Source: Oscillospiraceae bacterium (GTDB lineage Bacteria > Bacillota > Clostridia > Oscillospirales > CAG-382). From it: a stretch of 64,000 nt of DNA. A program made the position numbers and the translations under genes. Below, in pieces: positions 39,896-49,946 of this stretch (position 1 is its first letter; every line of letters starts with the position of its first letter). The notes beneath the pieces are model-generated. The model saw only the letters and a list, made by a program, of their open reading frames with translations, was not told where the DNA came from and did no database searches. The stretch is taken from the NCBI GenBank assembly GCA_015064485.1, contig SVSD01000005.1, positions 42,255 to 106,254 of the forward strand, written 5' to 3'.

Positions 39896-41263
39896 TTATC
39901 CTATGCTAATATCCTCAATCGGATCTGAAATCACATTTTGCGTTTCTCCTCTTTTTCCAAGAGCAACTACAAGAGAAATCGGGCCTACTCTTCCAAAATA
40001 CATAGTAAAAGCAATTATGATCTTGCCGTACATGTTCAGGTTTTGAGTCATATTTCTCGAAAGTCCGACTGTTGCAGTAGCACTCACTGACTCATAAATG
40101 ATATCAATAAGAGATGCATCCGAACACGCCGCCAAAGCAACAACTGATGATAATACAATAGCAGCAAATGTAATCACAACAGCAACCGCTTTTGAAATTG
40201 ATGCGGCTGATATAGTCCGATTGAAAAGTGCAGCTTGATTTTTGTTTCTGACAGTTGCAAGTGCGGAGCATAACAGCACAATTACAGTTACGGTTTTAAT
40301 TCCTCCCGCTGTTCCGACGGGTGAACCGCCGATAAGCATCAGAACGATTGAAACAACACAAGATGCATTGGTAAGGTTTTCCTGTGCAACAGATGCAAAT
40401 CCCGCAGTCCTTGTTGTAACCGACTGGAAAAATGCCACTTGTATCTTATCTTTCAACGGCAAAGCGCCGATGGTAAGCGGATTATTATATTCAAAAATAA
40501 AAATCAGCACAGCACCTGTTAATATAAACAGCAATGTAGCAACAATTGCAATTTTTGAATGAAGAGTTAAGTGAGTAAACAGCCTTTTATCTTTGCAGGA
40601 GCGTTTTTTCATCACACGAATCACATCCCACCAAACTATATAACCTATACCGCCGAGGATAATTAAAGCAGATGTAACAGCATTTATTATCGGGTTCGCC
40701 GCATATTCACAAAGGCTGGTTTCTCCTATAATATCAATTCCTGCGTTACAAAAAGCAGAAACCGAGTTGAAAACAGATATAAATATTCCCTTAGCACCAA
40801 ATCGGGGAACAAATACCGTCATATACAGTAATGCTCCTATCCCCTCAACCGCAAAAGTACCGATAAGGACTTTTTTTATAAATCGAGCAAGACCGGAAAG
40901 TGAATTAAGATTAAAGGAATCCTGAATCAAAAGCCTGTCTGAAACTGTCATTTTTTTATTGATCATAATCATAAAGCCCGACATAACAGTAACGACACCC
41001 AGTCCGCCTATCTGTATGAGCAAAAGAATTACGAACTGTCCGAATACGCTCCATGTAGTTGCTGTAGTAACGGTAACAAGTCCGGTAACGCATGTAGCCG
41101 TTGTGGCTGTAAACAATGCATCTATGTATGGAACGGAAACACCGCTTTTTGTACTTATCGGAAGCGATAACAAAGCACTTCCGAGCAAAATCGTTGTTAA
41201 AAAGCCAAGCAAAATAATTTGCGTCGTCGATAATGAAAATTTGATCTTATTCTTCATAAACAA
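39896..41263 (-). CDS. ktrB: KtrB/TrkH potassium uptake membrane subunit
   Basis: TCVTGL, SAFCNAG, TRTAGF, TAGGIK, ATVGLS pore motifs. Confidence 0.9.
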   Translation of the reverse strand: MFMKNKIKFSLSTTQIILLGFLTTILLGSALLSLPISTKSGVSVPYIDALFTATTATCVTGLVTVTTATTWSVFGQFVILLLIQIGGLGVVTVMSGFMIMINKKMTVSDRLLIQDSFNLNSLSGLARFIKKVLIGTFAVEGIGALLYMTVFVPRFGAKGIFISVFNSVSAFCNAGIDIIGETSLCEYAANPIINAVTSALIILGGIGYIVWWDVIRVMKKRSCKDKRLFTHLTLHSKIAIVATLLFILTGAVLIFIFEYNNPLTIGALPLKDKIQVAFFQSVTTRTAGFASVAQENLTNASCVVSIVLMLIGGSPVGTAGGIKTVTVIVLLCSALATVRNKNQAALFNRTISAASISKAVAVVITFAAIVLSSVVALAACSDASLIDIIYESVSATATVGLSRNMTQNLNMYGKIIIAFTMYFGRVGPISLVVALGKRGETQNVISDPIEDISIG

Positions 41264-41443
41264 TTACCTAAAATATTTAATACCAATATACAACAATTGT
41301 AACACTTCTTTGTGAATAATTCAATGTTTAATTTAATTAAAATAAAAAAGCTTTAAAATAGAGTATATTTATTGATTTTATTGTCGAATTGATTTATAAT
41401 AATATATAGATTATGCCGAAACAAAAAAGAAAGGATTAACAGT

Positions 41444-43294
41444 ATGACTAAAAGACTCAGTATATTTTTAATTTTATTTTCTTTGATCGTTTCCCTTGCT
41501 GTTCCTTGTATAACAGCTGAAGAAAAAGACGATCCGACATTTTATGTTAGCCAAGGAGCAATATCCGGTATCGGTACGCAAGATTCCCCTTTCGGCTCAA
41601 TTGAAGAAGCTCTGAAGGTCATAGGAGGCCTTGATGCTGAAATTGTGATAAATGGCGAGTATGATATATCTCAATCGGATTTAAGTGCTTGGAACGGCCT
41701 TATAACCTTGTCAGGCGTTGGAGACGCTGTTATCACAAGCGATCCCGGCGTAAAACTTAGTATTCCCGGAAAAATTTCCTTCAAAAATATAAAATTTGAT
41801 CTCGGAGAAAATTCAGCCTTTCTTTGCAACGGAAAAAGCATTTCTTTTGATATTGGAAACAATTCCTTTGACGGCGCAATTTATCTTTCGTCATCAAATT
41901 TTGCAAACTATGCAATATGCAGCGATATTACCGTAATAAGCGGAAATATCGATAAAGTAATTCTCGGCAATTCTCAATCCGAACTTGAAAAGTATACTGC
42001 ATCAGGAACCGTCGATATAAATGTTAAAGGCGGCAGAATAAAAGAGTTATATCTTTCACCGGAAATTGTGCCTGCAAAAAAATATACTATTTCAGGCGGC
42101 ATAAATGTAATATGCTCTGCAGGCGGTAAGATCGATAACATTTCGTATAATAAAGATTCGTTATATACAATCAAAGGCGGATTTACTTTAATTTTTAATG
42201 AAGGAGTAGGTCTCCCCGAGAAATTCGAATATCCCGATTCTTATGAAGATACCTATATATTAACAACAGGAAAAGGCGGCAGCCTCCTCCCGACAAACGA
42301 TATCGGTATTTTCGAAATAAAAACAGATTCAAGCAAAGCACTCGCATTAAACGGCAAAGCGATGAATGTAAAGGACACTTTAGCAATAGACTCGGGAAGT
42401 TATAATTTTGAATGGGTAGATAAAACAAGTAAAGATTCGGACGACGATTACATACCTGCGATTAACGATATTCCGGTTACGGTTTATTATAATCCCAACG
42501 GCGGTTTAAATCCTCCTGCGGCAAAAGAAGCTTTAAAAGGCTCTTCCATAACAATAAGCTCAAAAATACCGACAAATGACGGCTACAGATTTTTAGGATG
42601 GTCTTTGGACAAGGACGCAAAAGAAGCAGCATATCAGGCGGGCGATAAATTTGTTTGCAAAGATAATGTTTCACTATATGCAGTTTGGGAAAAGATAACT
42701 GAATTTACCCTCACTTACTCTGCGCAAGGAGCATATTATGTTCCCGAAAAAGTAAGTGTTACGGTCGGCGAGGAAGTGAAGCTTTCAACCATCATTCCAA
42801 GTAAAAAAGGATATGTTTTCCTCGGATGGGCGTTAAAAAACGATGCTGAAACACCGAAATTTACCGCAGGCGAAAAAATCACCCTTCAAAATGATACAAC
42901 ACTTTATGCTGTATGGAAGCAAGGTGTTGAAATAGTCCTTACAATCAATTCAAATATAGCAAAGGTATCGGGTGTGAGCATCGAAAACGATGTAGCTCCG
43001 ATCATTGAAAATGACAGAACAATGCTCCCCGCAAGATTTGTAGCTGAAAACCTTGATGCAGAAGTCAAATGGGATGACAGCAACAGAACTGTTATCATAA
43101 AAACCGAAGATACGGAAATACTTATTCCGATAGACTCGGATACAGCCAAAATAAACGGAAAAGAAGTAAAGCTTGATTCCCCTGCTTTTATACGCAACGA
43201 CAGAACTTATACCCCTGTACGATTCATATGCGAAGCCCTCGGCGCTGAGGTTGGCTGGAACGATGCAGAAAGAAAAGTTACGATAACAAAATAA
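41444..43294 (+). CDS. Secreted protein with two InlB B-type repeats and a C-terminal copper amine oxidase stalk domain
   Basis: Signal peptide; two GY.FLGW...LYAVW repeats; APIIENDRTMLPARFVAE domain. Confidence 0.85.
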   Translation: MTKRLSIFLILFSLIVSLAVPCITAEEKDDPTFYVSQGAISGIGTQDSPFGSIEEALKVIGGLDAEIVINGEYDISQSDLSAWNGLITLSGVGDAVITSDPGVKLSIPGKISFKNIKFDLGENSAFLCNGKSISFDIGNNSFDGAIYLSSSNFANYAICSDITVISGNIDKVILGNSQSELEKYTASGTVDINVKGGRIKELYLSPEIVPAKKYTISGGINVICSAGGKIDNISYNKDSLYTIKGGFTLIFNEGVGLPEKFEYPDSYEDTYILTTGKGGSLLPTNDIGIFEIKTDSSKALALNGKAMNVKDTLAIDSGSYNFEWVDKTSKDSDDDYIPAINDIPVTVYYNPNGGLNPPAAKEALKGSSITISSKIPTNDGYRFLGWSLDKDAKEAAYQAGDKFVCKDNVSLYAVWEKITEFTLTYSAQGAYYVPEKVSVTVGEEVKLSTIIPSKKGYVFLGWALKNDAETPKFTAGEKITLQNDTTLYAVWKQGVEIVLTINSNIAKVSGVSIENDVAPIIENDRTMLPARFVAENLDAEVKWDDSNRTVIIKTEDTEILIPIDSDTAKINGKEVKLDSPAFIRNDRTYTPVRFICEALGAEVGWNDAERKVTITK

Positions 43295-43329
43295 AAGCAT
43301 TGATATATAAAAAGAGCTGTTATTTTGAT

Positions 43330-43372
43330 ATGCACCACAAAAGTCGAACACTTTTGGTGGTGCATATTTTTT
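43330..43372 (+). terminator. Intrinsic terminator-like hairpin
   Basis: atgcacca-c-aaaagt...acttttggtggtgcat followed by a T-run. Confidence 0.65.
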
Positions 43373-43440
43373 ATGATATAACAATACGGCGAATAATGAA
43401 CTGCTCTTTATTATGTCTATTACAGCCTCGTTTATCACAA

Positions 43441-43478
43441 AAAGCGGAGTGTCCAAAAGGACACTCCGCCGTTTTTTA
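43441..43478. terminator. Intrinsic terminator
   Basis: gcggagtgtcc-aaaa-ggacactccgc between convergent genes. Confidence 0.75.
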
Positions 43479-43488
43479 TTTGGGAATA

Positions 43489-46400
43489 TCAGCCGTTTGC
43501 GTTTTCTACAGCATTAATTACATTTTCTGTAAGATATGTCTTTGTGTATACAGATTCAGTAGAATCTTCTGCACAAGCAAGTTTTGCGATATCATATACA
43601 TTTGCTGCAACCATTTCGCCGTAGTAAGTTACTTCTTTACCGTTTTCAATTACTGTTACATAAGGAACGACACAATAGTTTGTTGTATAGTTCTTCTTAG
43701 CGATATCAGTAAGACATACAGTAAACTTAACTGTTTCATCATCCATAGAGAAGAGTTTTACAGCAGGAACCACAACAGCATTTTCGGTATTCTTTGTAAG
43801 CTCACCATCAAGCATTGCTTCAGGAATTATTATAGAACCGAAGCCTACAGCTGTATCTGCATAGGTATCAGGATGGTCAAGTGTATCATAAAGCGATCTC
43901 GGAATAGCGCTGATGAAACGAAGTCCCTGTTTAATGTCTGTGTCTTCTTCTGTAGGTATACGGATCTGAACACCGACAAAAGACAATCTGTCGTCAACAT
44001 TGGAAATCTGAGGAACAAGAATCATACCGGGTATAATTTCTGTATCACCAGAATATATGTCGCCGCTTTCATCTGCCCATCCGGCAAATATGCCTACTCC
44101 GTCATAATCGGGAAGATCGGAAATTGTATTGATATCGAGATACTTCACATCATAGCTGCCTGCAGGAAGATTGAAGGTATAGTTGGAGTAATCTGTATAT
44201 GCAAAAGTTGCATCTTTTTGAGTAGACTTAGTTGTATCAAGAGTAAACAACGAACGGATTGTAAGACGCTTGCTGTCATCTTTAATTTTAATCTTTATTA
44301 CATGTTTGCCGGAATCAAGTCCTTCAACAAGTTTAACAGGTGCATGAGAAGAGCTTTCCTTCTCAACATATTCAGAACCGTCAACAGATATCATAAAATA
44401 GTTGCCTGTGTAGTAATCGCTCCACAAAGCAAGTTCTGTACCTTCGAATTCGAATGCAAAGATGTCGCTTGTGCTGTCGAGGATAAACTTACCAACAGAA
44501 TCAGATACTGCGGAGTAAGAAAGTCCGCTGTCGCGTGTAACACCTGTACCGCCGAGAGTTTCGGATTTCGCAAGGAGTTCTTCTGTGGGCTGGTAGTGGG
44601 TTCTGTTACCGTCCATAAGTGCATTTGCACTTACTGCGGGAAGATCATCATTTCTTTCTCTCAAGCCTGTATAATCTGTGCAGAAGAGGCTGTTATACAT
44701 ATACTCTTCGACTACATCATAATAAAGTCTGTAACCGGAATCCTTGAGATGAACCTTATCAATAGAATACTTATCCCATTCGGATGTGCTGTAATTTACA
44801 TATTCAGCAAGTCTTCTTCCGACATGGAGTGTTGTGCAGTTATACTTTGCTGCAACATCTTCATGCGCCTGACCCTGTTCGTGAAGCTTACCTTCAGAGT
44901 TTATCGAAAGGAGATCTCTGTCGGTTACGATAACAAATACGATATCGGTTTCAGGAAGAGCCTGTTTCACTTCACGCACTATTGTTTCTACCTGAGAATA
45001 TGCACTGTCATAAGATGACTTGAAGTACTTATCGTTAATTGCATATTCAAGGAACAAGAGGTCGGGCTTTCTTGCAATAATGTCTGTTTCCAAGCGGTAA
45101 GTACCGAGGAATGAACCGGATTCGCCGCAAGCTCTGTTAATATTAGAAATATTAGCTTCGGGGAAATTGTCTACAAGCCACTGGCTTATAAGGCCTCTCC
45201 ATGAGAGCTTATCAGGATCAGACGAACCGTATCCGTCTGTCATAGAACCGCCGAAATAAAGTACTGTAAGTTCTTCATCATTCTTGATCTTATTATATGT
45301 GTTTGTAAGAGGCTTACGGTAGTTGATGAATTCTTCGAATTCATTTCTCTCGTGCCATGTAATGGGAGTAACATCTGTTGAAGAATACTCATCAGCAACA
45401 TAAATTGTACCATCATCAGCAACAGCAATAGGTGTCTTACCGTAAGGAGCCTTAACTCCGAAAGTACCCGCTGTTTCTGTCTGATCAATATATGCTGTTT
45501 TATCGGAAGAGCTTACATACCATGTGTTATCGGTTGTAATAGCATTGTCAATTGTATTACCGTTTGAAATAATTTCAAGAGATGCGAATTCATTTCCTTC
45601 GGTTGTGATATTTGTAATGTCAGAGTTGTCAGCTGTAATCTTAATTACTGAAGAAGAAGCTGTGTCACCGATATTAATATCAAGCTGTGAATTTTCAGCG
45701 ATAACATATGTGTTTTCGCCGGAACCTATATTGATAGAAGCGCCAATGCCGTTTATTGCAACCTTATCGTCTGCAGTTGCATTGCCTGTTGCAATATTTA
45801 TATTGTTGCAAACAACATTTTCACCGATTTCAAAAATATGTCCGTTTGTATTGACAACTGATGTACCAATAGAAATTGTTATATCAGAAATTTTTGTATT
45901 GCCGAGAATTTCCGTATCATTTACAAATTCAAGAGTGGAATCGGAAGAAACGCCCTTGATTGTAACGAGGCTTTCAAATTCTTCAGAAACATCATAAACA
46001 GCATTTTCAATAACATAAATACAACCTGTTTTTCCGGAAAGTTCCTTAACAGCCTTGTCTATTGTCTTGAAAGGAGCATCTTCAGAACCGTTGCCGGAGT
46101 CATCACCTGTAGAATCAACATAGAAGAAGTTAGGATTTACAAGTTTTGCGGTAAGCATACCACATCCGTCATCGTCCCATCCAAGGAATTCGAAGCCGTT
46201 GGGAAGCTCAGGAGTAGGCATATCGTCTGCTGAGAACTTTTCGGTCCACTGAACATCAACGGCGCCGGGAATAAGCTTAATATTACCGTTTGTACCGTAG
46301 TAAATGTTAAGACCTGTATCACTGATGTAATAAGGAGTAAGATCACCGCTGTATGCGAAAGTGCCGGCAGTATCGGTATGTGCCAGGAAGTTATCTTCAT

Positions 46401-49400
46401 TTTCGGATCTTACGATATACTTGCCGCCCTGATACTGAACCTTAACAAAGCCGTCAACACCGTTTTCGGAATCATCATACCATTCTGTTATGGAGTTGCC
46501 GTCGAGATCTTTAGCTTCGTCAAAGTAGTATGTGCCGCCGTTTGCAATAAGTTCAAACGAACCCTGTGCTTTCTGAGCAGAATTATCAGTATGTGAATAG
46601 CTCCAGAATTCACCGCCGTTTACGGTAATTCTTACGCTGTCTACCCAATATGTACCTGTTTCGGCACCTGTGAGAAGCTGACGAACAATACCGCCGTTTA
46701 CGGTAAAGTTGAAATCGCCTTCCATCTGATTTTCTGCGTGTGTAACGATCTTATGAACATATTTACCGCTGACAGTAACATTTTCGCTGTTACCCGCATA
46801 AATAACATTCTGCTGAGTCATATCAACAGTGCCGCCGAGTTCAAAATCGAAGCCGTTTGTAATGATTGTCTGAGCTTCCTTGAAATCAGCTTTCATTACA
46901 ACAGGACCGTTGAGGGTTATTGTATTGTCAGAGCCCGAAATTGTACCGCCGTTATAGGATTCATAGAATATTGTCTGAGTATGTGCGGTTTCATCAAATG
47001 TATAATCACCGTCAACATAGATAAGACCGTATGCATCGCTTGCTTCGATCTTTTCAATCGCAGATGCGAGTGTCAAAAGTGCATTCTCATAAGAACGACC
47101 ATCGTTATCATCAGAACCGTTTACTGAAACATAATATTTCGGAATTACATTTATATATTTAGGAGTCATAGTACCGTTATCGTTAACAACCCATTCGTCA
47201 AATTGATTATATTTGTCAAGATCGTCGGGCCTTGCAACGCTTTGCTTTATGCTTTCGAGACTGTCAGCAAATCTGATTGTATACTCGCCTGCACAAGGTA
47301 CGCTTATAGTTTCATCACCAAAATATACAGTATTCTTATCTTCAGACTGTACAAATGCATATGCCATACCTGTAGGAACAGTAACTGTATATGTACCTGC
47401 TACATCTGTTGTATCAAGAGCGCCGTCTTCTTCAACTACGATGTCATATCTGGGAAGTGCTGTGAATGTATCGTTCACAATAGTAGCACCATTGTTATAG
47501 ATAATCTGAACAGCCTTACCTTCAGCTATAGACATAAGCGTTGAGCTTGTCTTGAAGTTGTTGATTGTTGTACCGTTAAGAACGATATTTACATTATCTT
47601 CAAATGTAACTCCGTTTTCAACTCTACCGCCGACAAAGCTGAAATTAAAGTTATTAAGAACACCTGTCGGTAAAATCAACTTTACTTCATCTGTGAAGAA
47701 GTGGTTACCTTCAACAACACCGGGAACAGGATCGTAAGTGTTCCAGCTCTGAATATCTGTTGCCCAACCAAGAGGAGAAAGTGTTCCTACTCTTGCAAGA
47801 GTTGCAGCGTCAAATTTAATTGTTCCACCGCCGCCCTGAGCTGTTCCGTAGTTTGCCTGGAACATACCTGCGTAAATTTCAACCATGGAAGCTTGAGCTT
47901 CTGTATTTCCTTCATTGTTGTATCTGAATTTTACATTCTTGAATTCAACATCGTGACCTGTTGCAAATACGGGTACTGCATATGCTGAACGGTTGATACC
48001 GATGTCAACACCGTTGAATACTACAGGACCGCCAAGTCTCATGACAACGAAACGATTCTGAGTCGCATTTGCAGACCAGATGATAGGTCTTGCGGACGCA
48101 TCAGCACTTTCGAAAACAATAGTCGCTTTGTGCTGAACAACCTTGGACATATCCTTGTTTGCTTCAACTGCGTTGTATTCGTCAACGCTTGTAGGTGTCC
48201 AGTTGTAAGGATTGAAGTAAATAGCCTGGTCGCCACCGTAGTTGCCGTTTTCACCTTCAGCGGGAGTGATAATTTTGACTGTTATCTCTTTACCTTCAAC
48301 ATTAAGTCCTGCCGCATCAAGAGCCGCTACGATTTCAGCAACCGTTCCAAACGGAGCAGCTTCTGAACCGTCACCGTCTACAGCGCCGCCCTTAATGTAG
48401 TACACACCATCAAAATCTTCATTTTGTTCGATGAAGGTTACATTGTATGTACCTGCCATATTTACTGTAAGTGTATTTCCAACACTTGTAAATGTACCGT
48501 TATCACCTGTCGCTACAGCAACATTCTTTCCTTCGGGGAATGTTACGCTGTATACACCGGTTTCGGAAGTTGTATCAAGCTTACCGCCCTGTTCAACATA
48601 GATGTCGTATCTCGAAAGCTTATCATAGCCAAAAGTATCGCTTGAAATGTAAGCGCCGTCATTATAGATGATCTGTACAGCCTTGCCTTCTGCCATAGAC
48701 ATCTGTGTTGAGCTTGTATAGAAGCTCTTGATATTTGTACCGTTAAGAACGATGTTTACATTATCTTCAAATGTAACGCCATTTTCTGTTCTGCCGCCAA
48801 CAAAGCTGAATGCAAAGTCAGCAAGTGTGCCAGCGTCTAAAACAAGCTTAACTTCATCTGTGAAGTAGTGGTTGGCCTGAACGACTCCGGGAACAGGATC
48901 CCAGCCGTTCCAGTTCTGGATATCAACCGCCCATCCCAAGGGAGAGAGGTACTTTATTCTGCCAAGAGTTGCAGCGTCCATCTTGATTGTTCCGCCGCCA
49001 CCGTTACCGGCACCGTTCGAGTTTGCCTGGAAGATACCGGAATAAATTTCAACATAACCTGCCGGGGCTTCTGTATTGCCTTCGTTGTTATATCTGAACT
49101 TTACATCGATAAATTCAAGATCATAACCGGATGCAAATACAGGAACTGCATAGTTAGAACGGTTGATACCAAGGTCGATACCGTTGAATACTGTAGGACC
49201 GCCAAGTCTCAAAGCCTTGAAACGATCCTGCTCTGTGTGAGCCATCCAAATGATGGGTCTTACATCTTCAGCAGCACTTTCAAAAACGAGCGTTGCCTTG
49301 TGTCCGGTAACATTAACCATTGTCTTGCCGCTTTCAATAGCGTTCCATTCGTCAACACTACTAGGACACCAGTCGGAAGCATAGTTGAAATAAAGAGCCT

Positions 49401-49668
49401 GATCGCCGCCGTAGTTACCGTTTTCACCGTCTGCGGGTGCGATAACCTTGACTGTTACCTCATTACCTGCAACATTAAGGCCTGCCGCATCAAGAGCCGC
49501 TACGATTTCCGCAACCGTTCCAAACGGAGCAGCTTCGGAGCCGTCACCGCCTGTAGCGCCGCCTTTGAGGTAGTAAACTGTTGATTCTTCCGCCATTACA
49601 CCAAACGACACCGGAACAGATGCACATATGATGCACAGCGTAAGAATTAATGATAAAAATTTTTTCAT
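43489..49668 (-). CDS. Giant secreted multi-repeat protein with SGNH/GDSL hydrolase domain
   Basis: Signal peptide MKKFLSL (ATG 49668); four repeated modules; SGNH blocks FGGSMTDG, NRACG, EYAIND, DKVH; about 2,060 aa. Confidence 0.85.
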   Translation of the reverse strand: MKKFLSLILTLCIICASVPVSFGVMAEESTVYYLKGGATGGDGSEAAPFGTVAEIVAALDAAGLNVAGNEVTVKVIAPADGENGNYGGDQALYFNYASDWCPSSVDEWNAIESGKTMVNVTGHKATLVFESAAEDVRPIIWMAHTEQDRFKALRLGGPTVFNGIDLGINRSNYAVPVFASGYDLEFIDVKFRYNNEGNTEAPAGYVEIYSGIFQANSNGAGNGGGGTIKMDAATLGRIKYLSPLGWAVDIQNWNGWDPVPGVVQANHYFTDEVKLVLDAGTLADFAFSFVGGRTENGVTFEDNVNIVLNGTNIKSFYTSSTQMSMAEGKAVQIIYNDGAYISSDTFGYDKLSRYDIYVEQGGKLDTTSETGVYSVTFPEGKNVAVATGDNGTFTSVGNTLTVNMAGTYNVTFIEQNEDFDGVYYIKGGAVDGDGSEAAPFGTVAEIVAALDAAGLNVEGKEITVKIITPAEGENGNYGGDQAIYFNPYNWTPTSVDEYNAVEANKDMSKVVQHKATIVFESADASARPIIWSANATQNRFVVMRLGGPVVFNGVDIGINRSAYAVPVFATGHDVEFKNVKFRYNNEGNTEAQASMVEIYAGMFQANYGTAQGGGGTIKFDAATLARVGTLSPLGWATDIQSWNTYDPVPGVVEGNHFFTDEVKLILPTGVLNNFNFSFVGGRVENGVTFEDNVNIVLNGTTINNFKTSSTLMSIAEGKAVQIIYNNGATIVNDTFTALPRYDIVVEEDGALDTTDVAGTYTVTVPTGMAYAFVQSEDKNTVYFGDETISVPCAGEYTIRFADSLESIKQSVARPDDLDKYNQFDEWVVNDNGTMTPKYINVIPKYYVSVNGSDDNDGRSYENALLTLASAIEKIEASDAYGLIYVDGDYTFDETAHTQTIFYESYNGGTISGSDNTITLNGPVVMKADFKEAQTIITNGFDFELGGTVDMTQQNVIYAGNSENVTVSGKYVHKIVTHAENQMEGDFNFTVNGGIVRQLLTGAETGTYWVDSVRITVNGGEFWSYSHTDNSAQKAQGSFELIANGGTYYFDEAKDLDGNSITEWYDDSENGVDGFVKVQYQGGKYIVRSENEDNFLAHTDTAGTFAYSGDLTPYYISDTGLNIYYGTNGNIKLIPGAVDVQWTEKFSADDMPTPELPNGFEFLGWDDDGCGMLTAKLVNPNFFYVDSTGDDSGNGSEDAPFKTIDKAVKELSGKTGCIYVIENAVYDVSEEFESLVTIKGVSSDSTLEFVNDTEILGNTKISDITISIGTSVVNTNGHIFEIGENVVCNNINIATGNATADDKVAINGIGASINIGSGENTYVIAENSQLDINIGDTASSSVIKITADNSDITNITTEGNEFASLEIISNGNTIDNAITTDNTWYVSSSDKTAYIDQTETAGTFGVKAPYGKTPIAVADDGTIYVADEYSSTDVTPITWHERNEFEEFINYRKPLTNTYNKIKNDEELTVLYFGGSMTDGYGSSDPDKLSWRGLISQWLVDNFPEANISNINRACGESGSFLGTYRLETDIIARKPDLLFLEYAINDKYFKSSYDSAYSQVETIVREVKQALPETDIVFVIVTDRDLLSINSEGKLHEQGQAHEDVAAKYNCTTLHVGRRLAEYVNYSTSEWDKYSIDKVHLKDSGYRLYYDVVEEYMYNSLFCTDYTGLRERNDDLPAVSANALMDGNRTHYQPTEELLAKSETLGGTGVTRDSGLSYSAVSDSVGKFILDSTSDIFAFEFEGTELALWSDYYTGNYFMISVDGSEYVEKESSSHAPVKLVEGLDSGKHVIKIKIKDDSKRLTIRSLFTLDTTKSTQKDATFAYTDYSNYTFNLPAGSYDVKYLDINTISDLPDYDGVGIFAGWADESGDIYSGDTEIIPGMILVPQISNVDDRLSFVGVQIRIPTEEDTDIKQGLRFISAIPRSLYDTLDHPDTYADTAVGFGSIIIPEAMLDGELTKNTENAVVVPAVKLFSMDDETVKFTVCLTDIAKKNYTTNYCVVPYVTVIENGKEVTYYGEMVAANVYDIAKLACAEDSTESVYTKTYLTENVINAVENANG
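47250..49580 (-). repeat. Intragenic tandem duplication, period 1,173 bp (391 codons)
   Basis: gccgcatcaagagccgctacgatttc occurs at 48311 and 49484; peptide blocks GDGSEAAPFGTVAEIVAALDAAGLNV and ENGVTFEDNVNIVLNGT are repeated; outer limits approximate. Confidence 0.85.
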
Positions 49669-49946
49669 ACTGTATATTCCCCTTTCGAATATATATACAA
49701 TATAATTATAATACAATAATACAATTTTTGCAATACTATTGTGCAATTTTACTACATATTTTTGCACTATAAATATAGAATTTTGTTCGAAAGATTATAA
49801 ATGTTGTATAAAACACAGCAAATTTCACCTAAAAATGTTAAATCGATCCTGTAAATGCGTTATATAATTAAAGAACTCATTATTTTTAAACAGAAAACGA
49901 CCCGTGCAAAAAGCACGGGCCGTTAAATTTTTATAGGACAGAATTA

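Noticed and set aside
43300-45018. 572-aa plus-strand ORF
   Set aside because: Antisense shadow of the giant secreted protein; Cys/Ile/Phe-rich composition with no recognisable motifs
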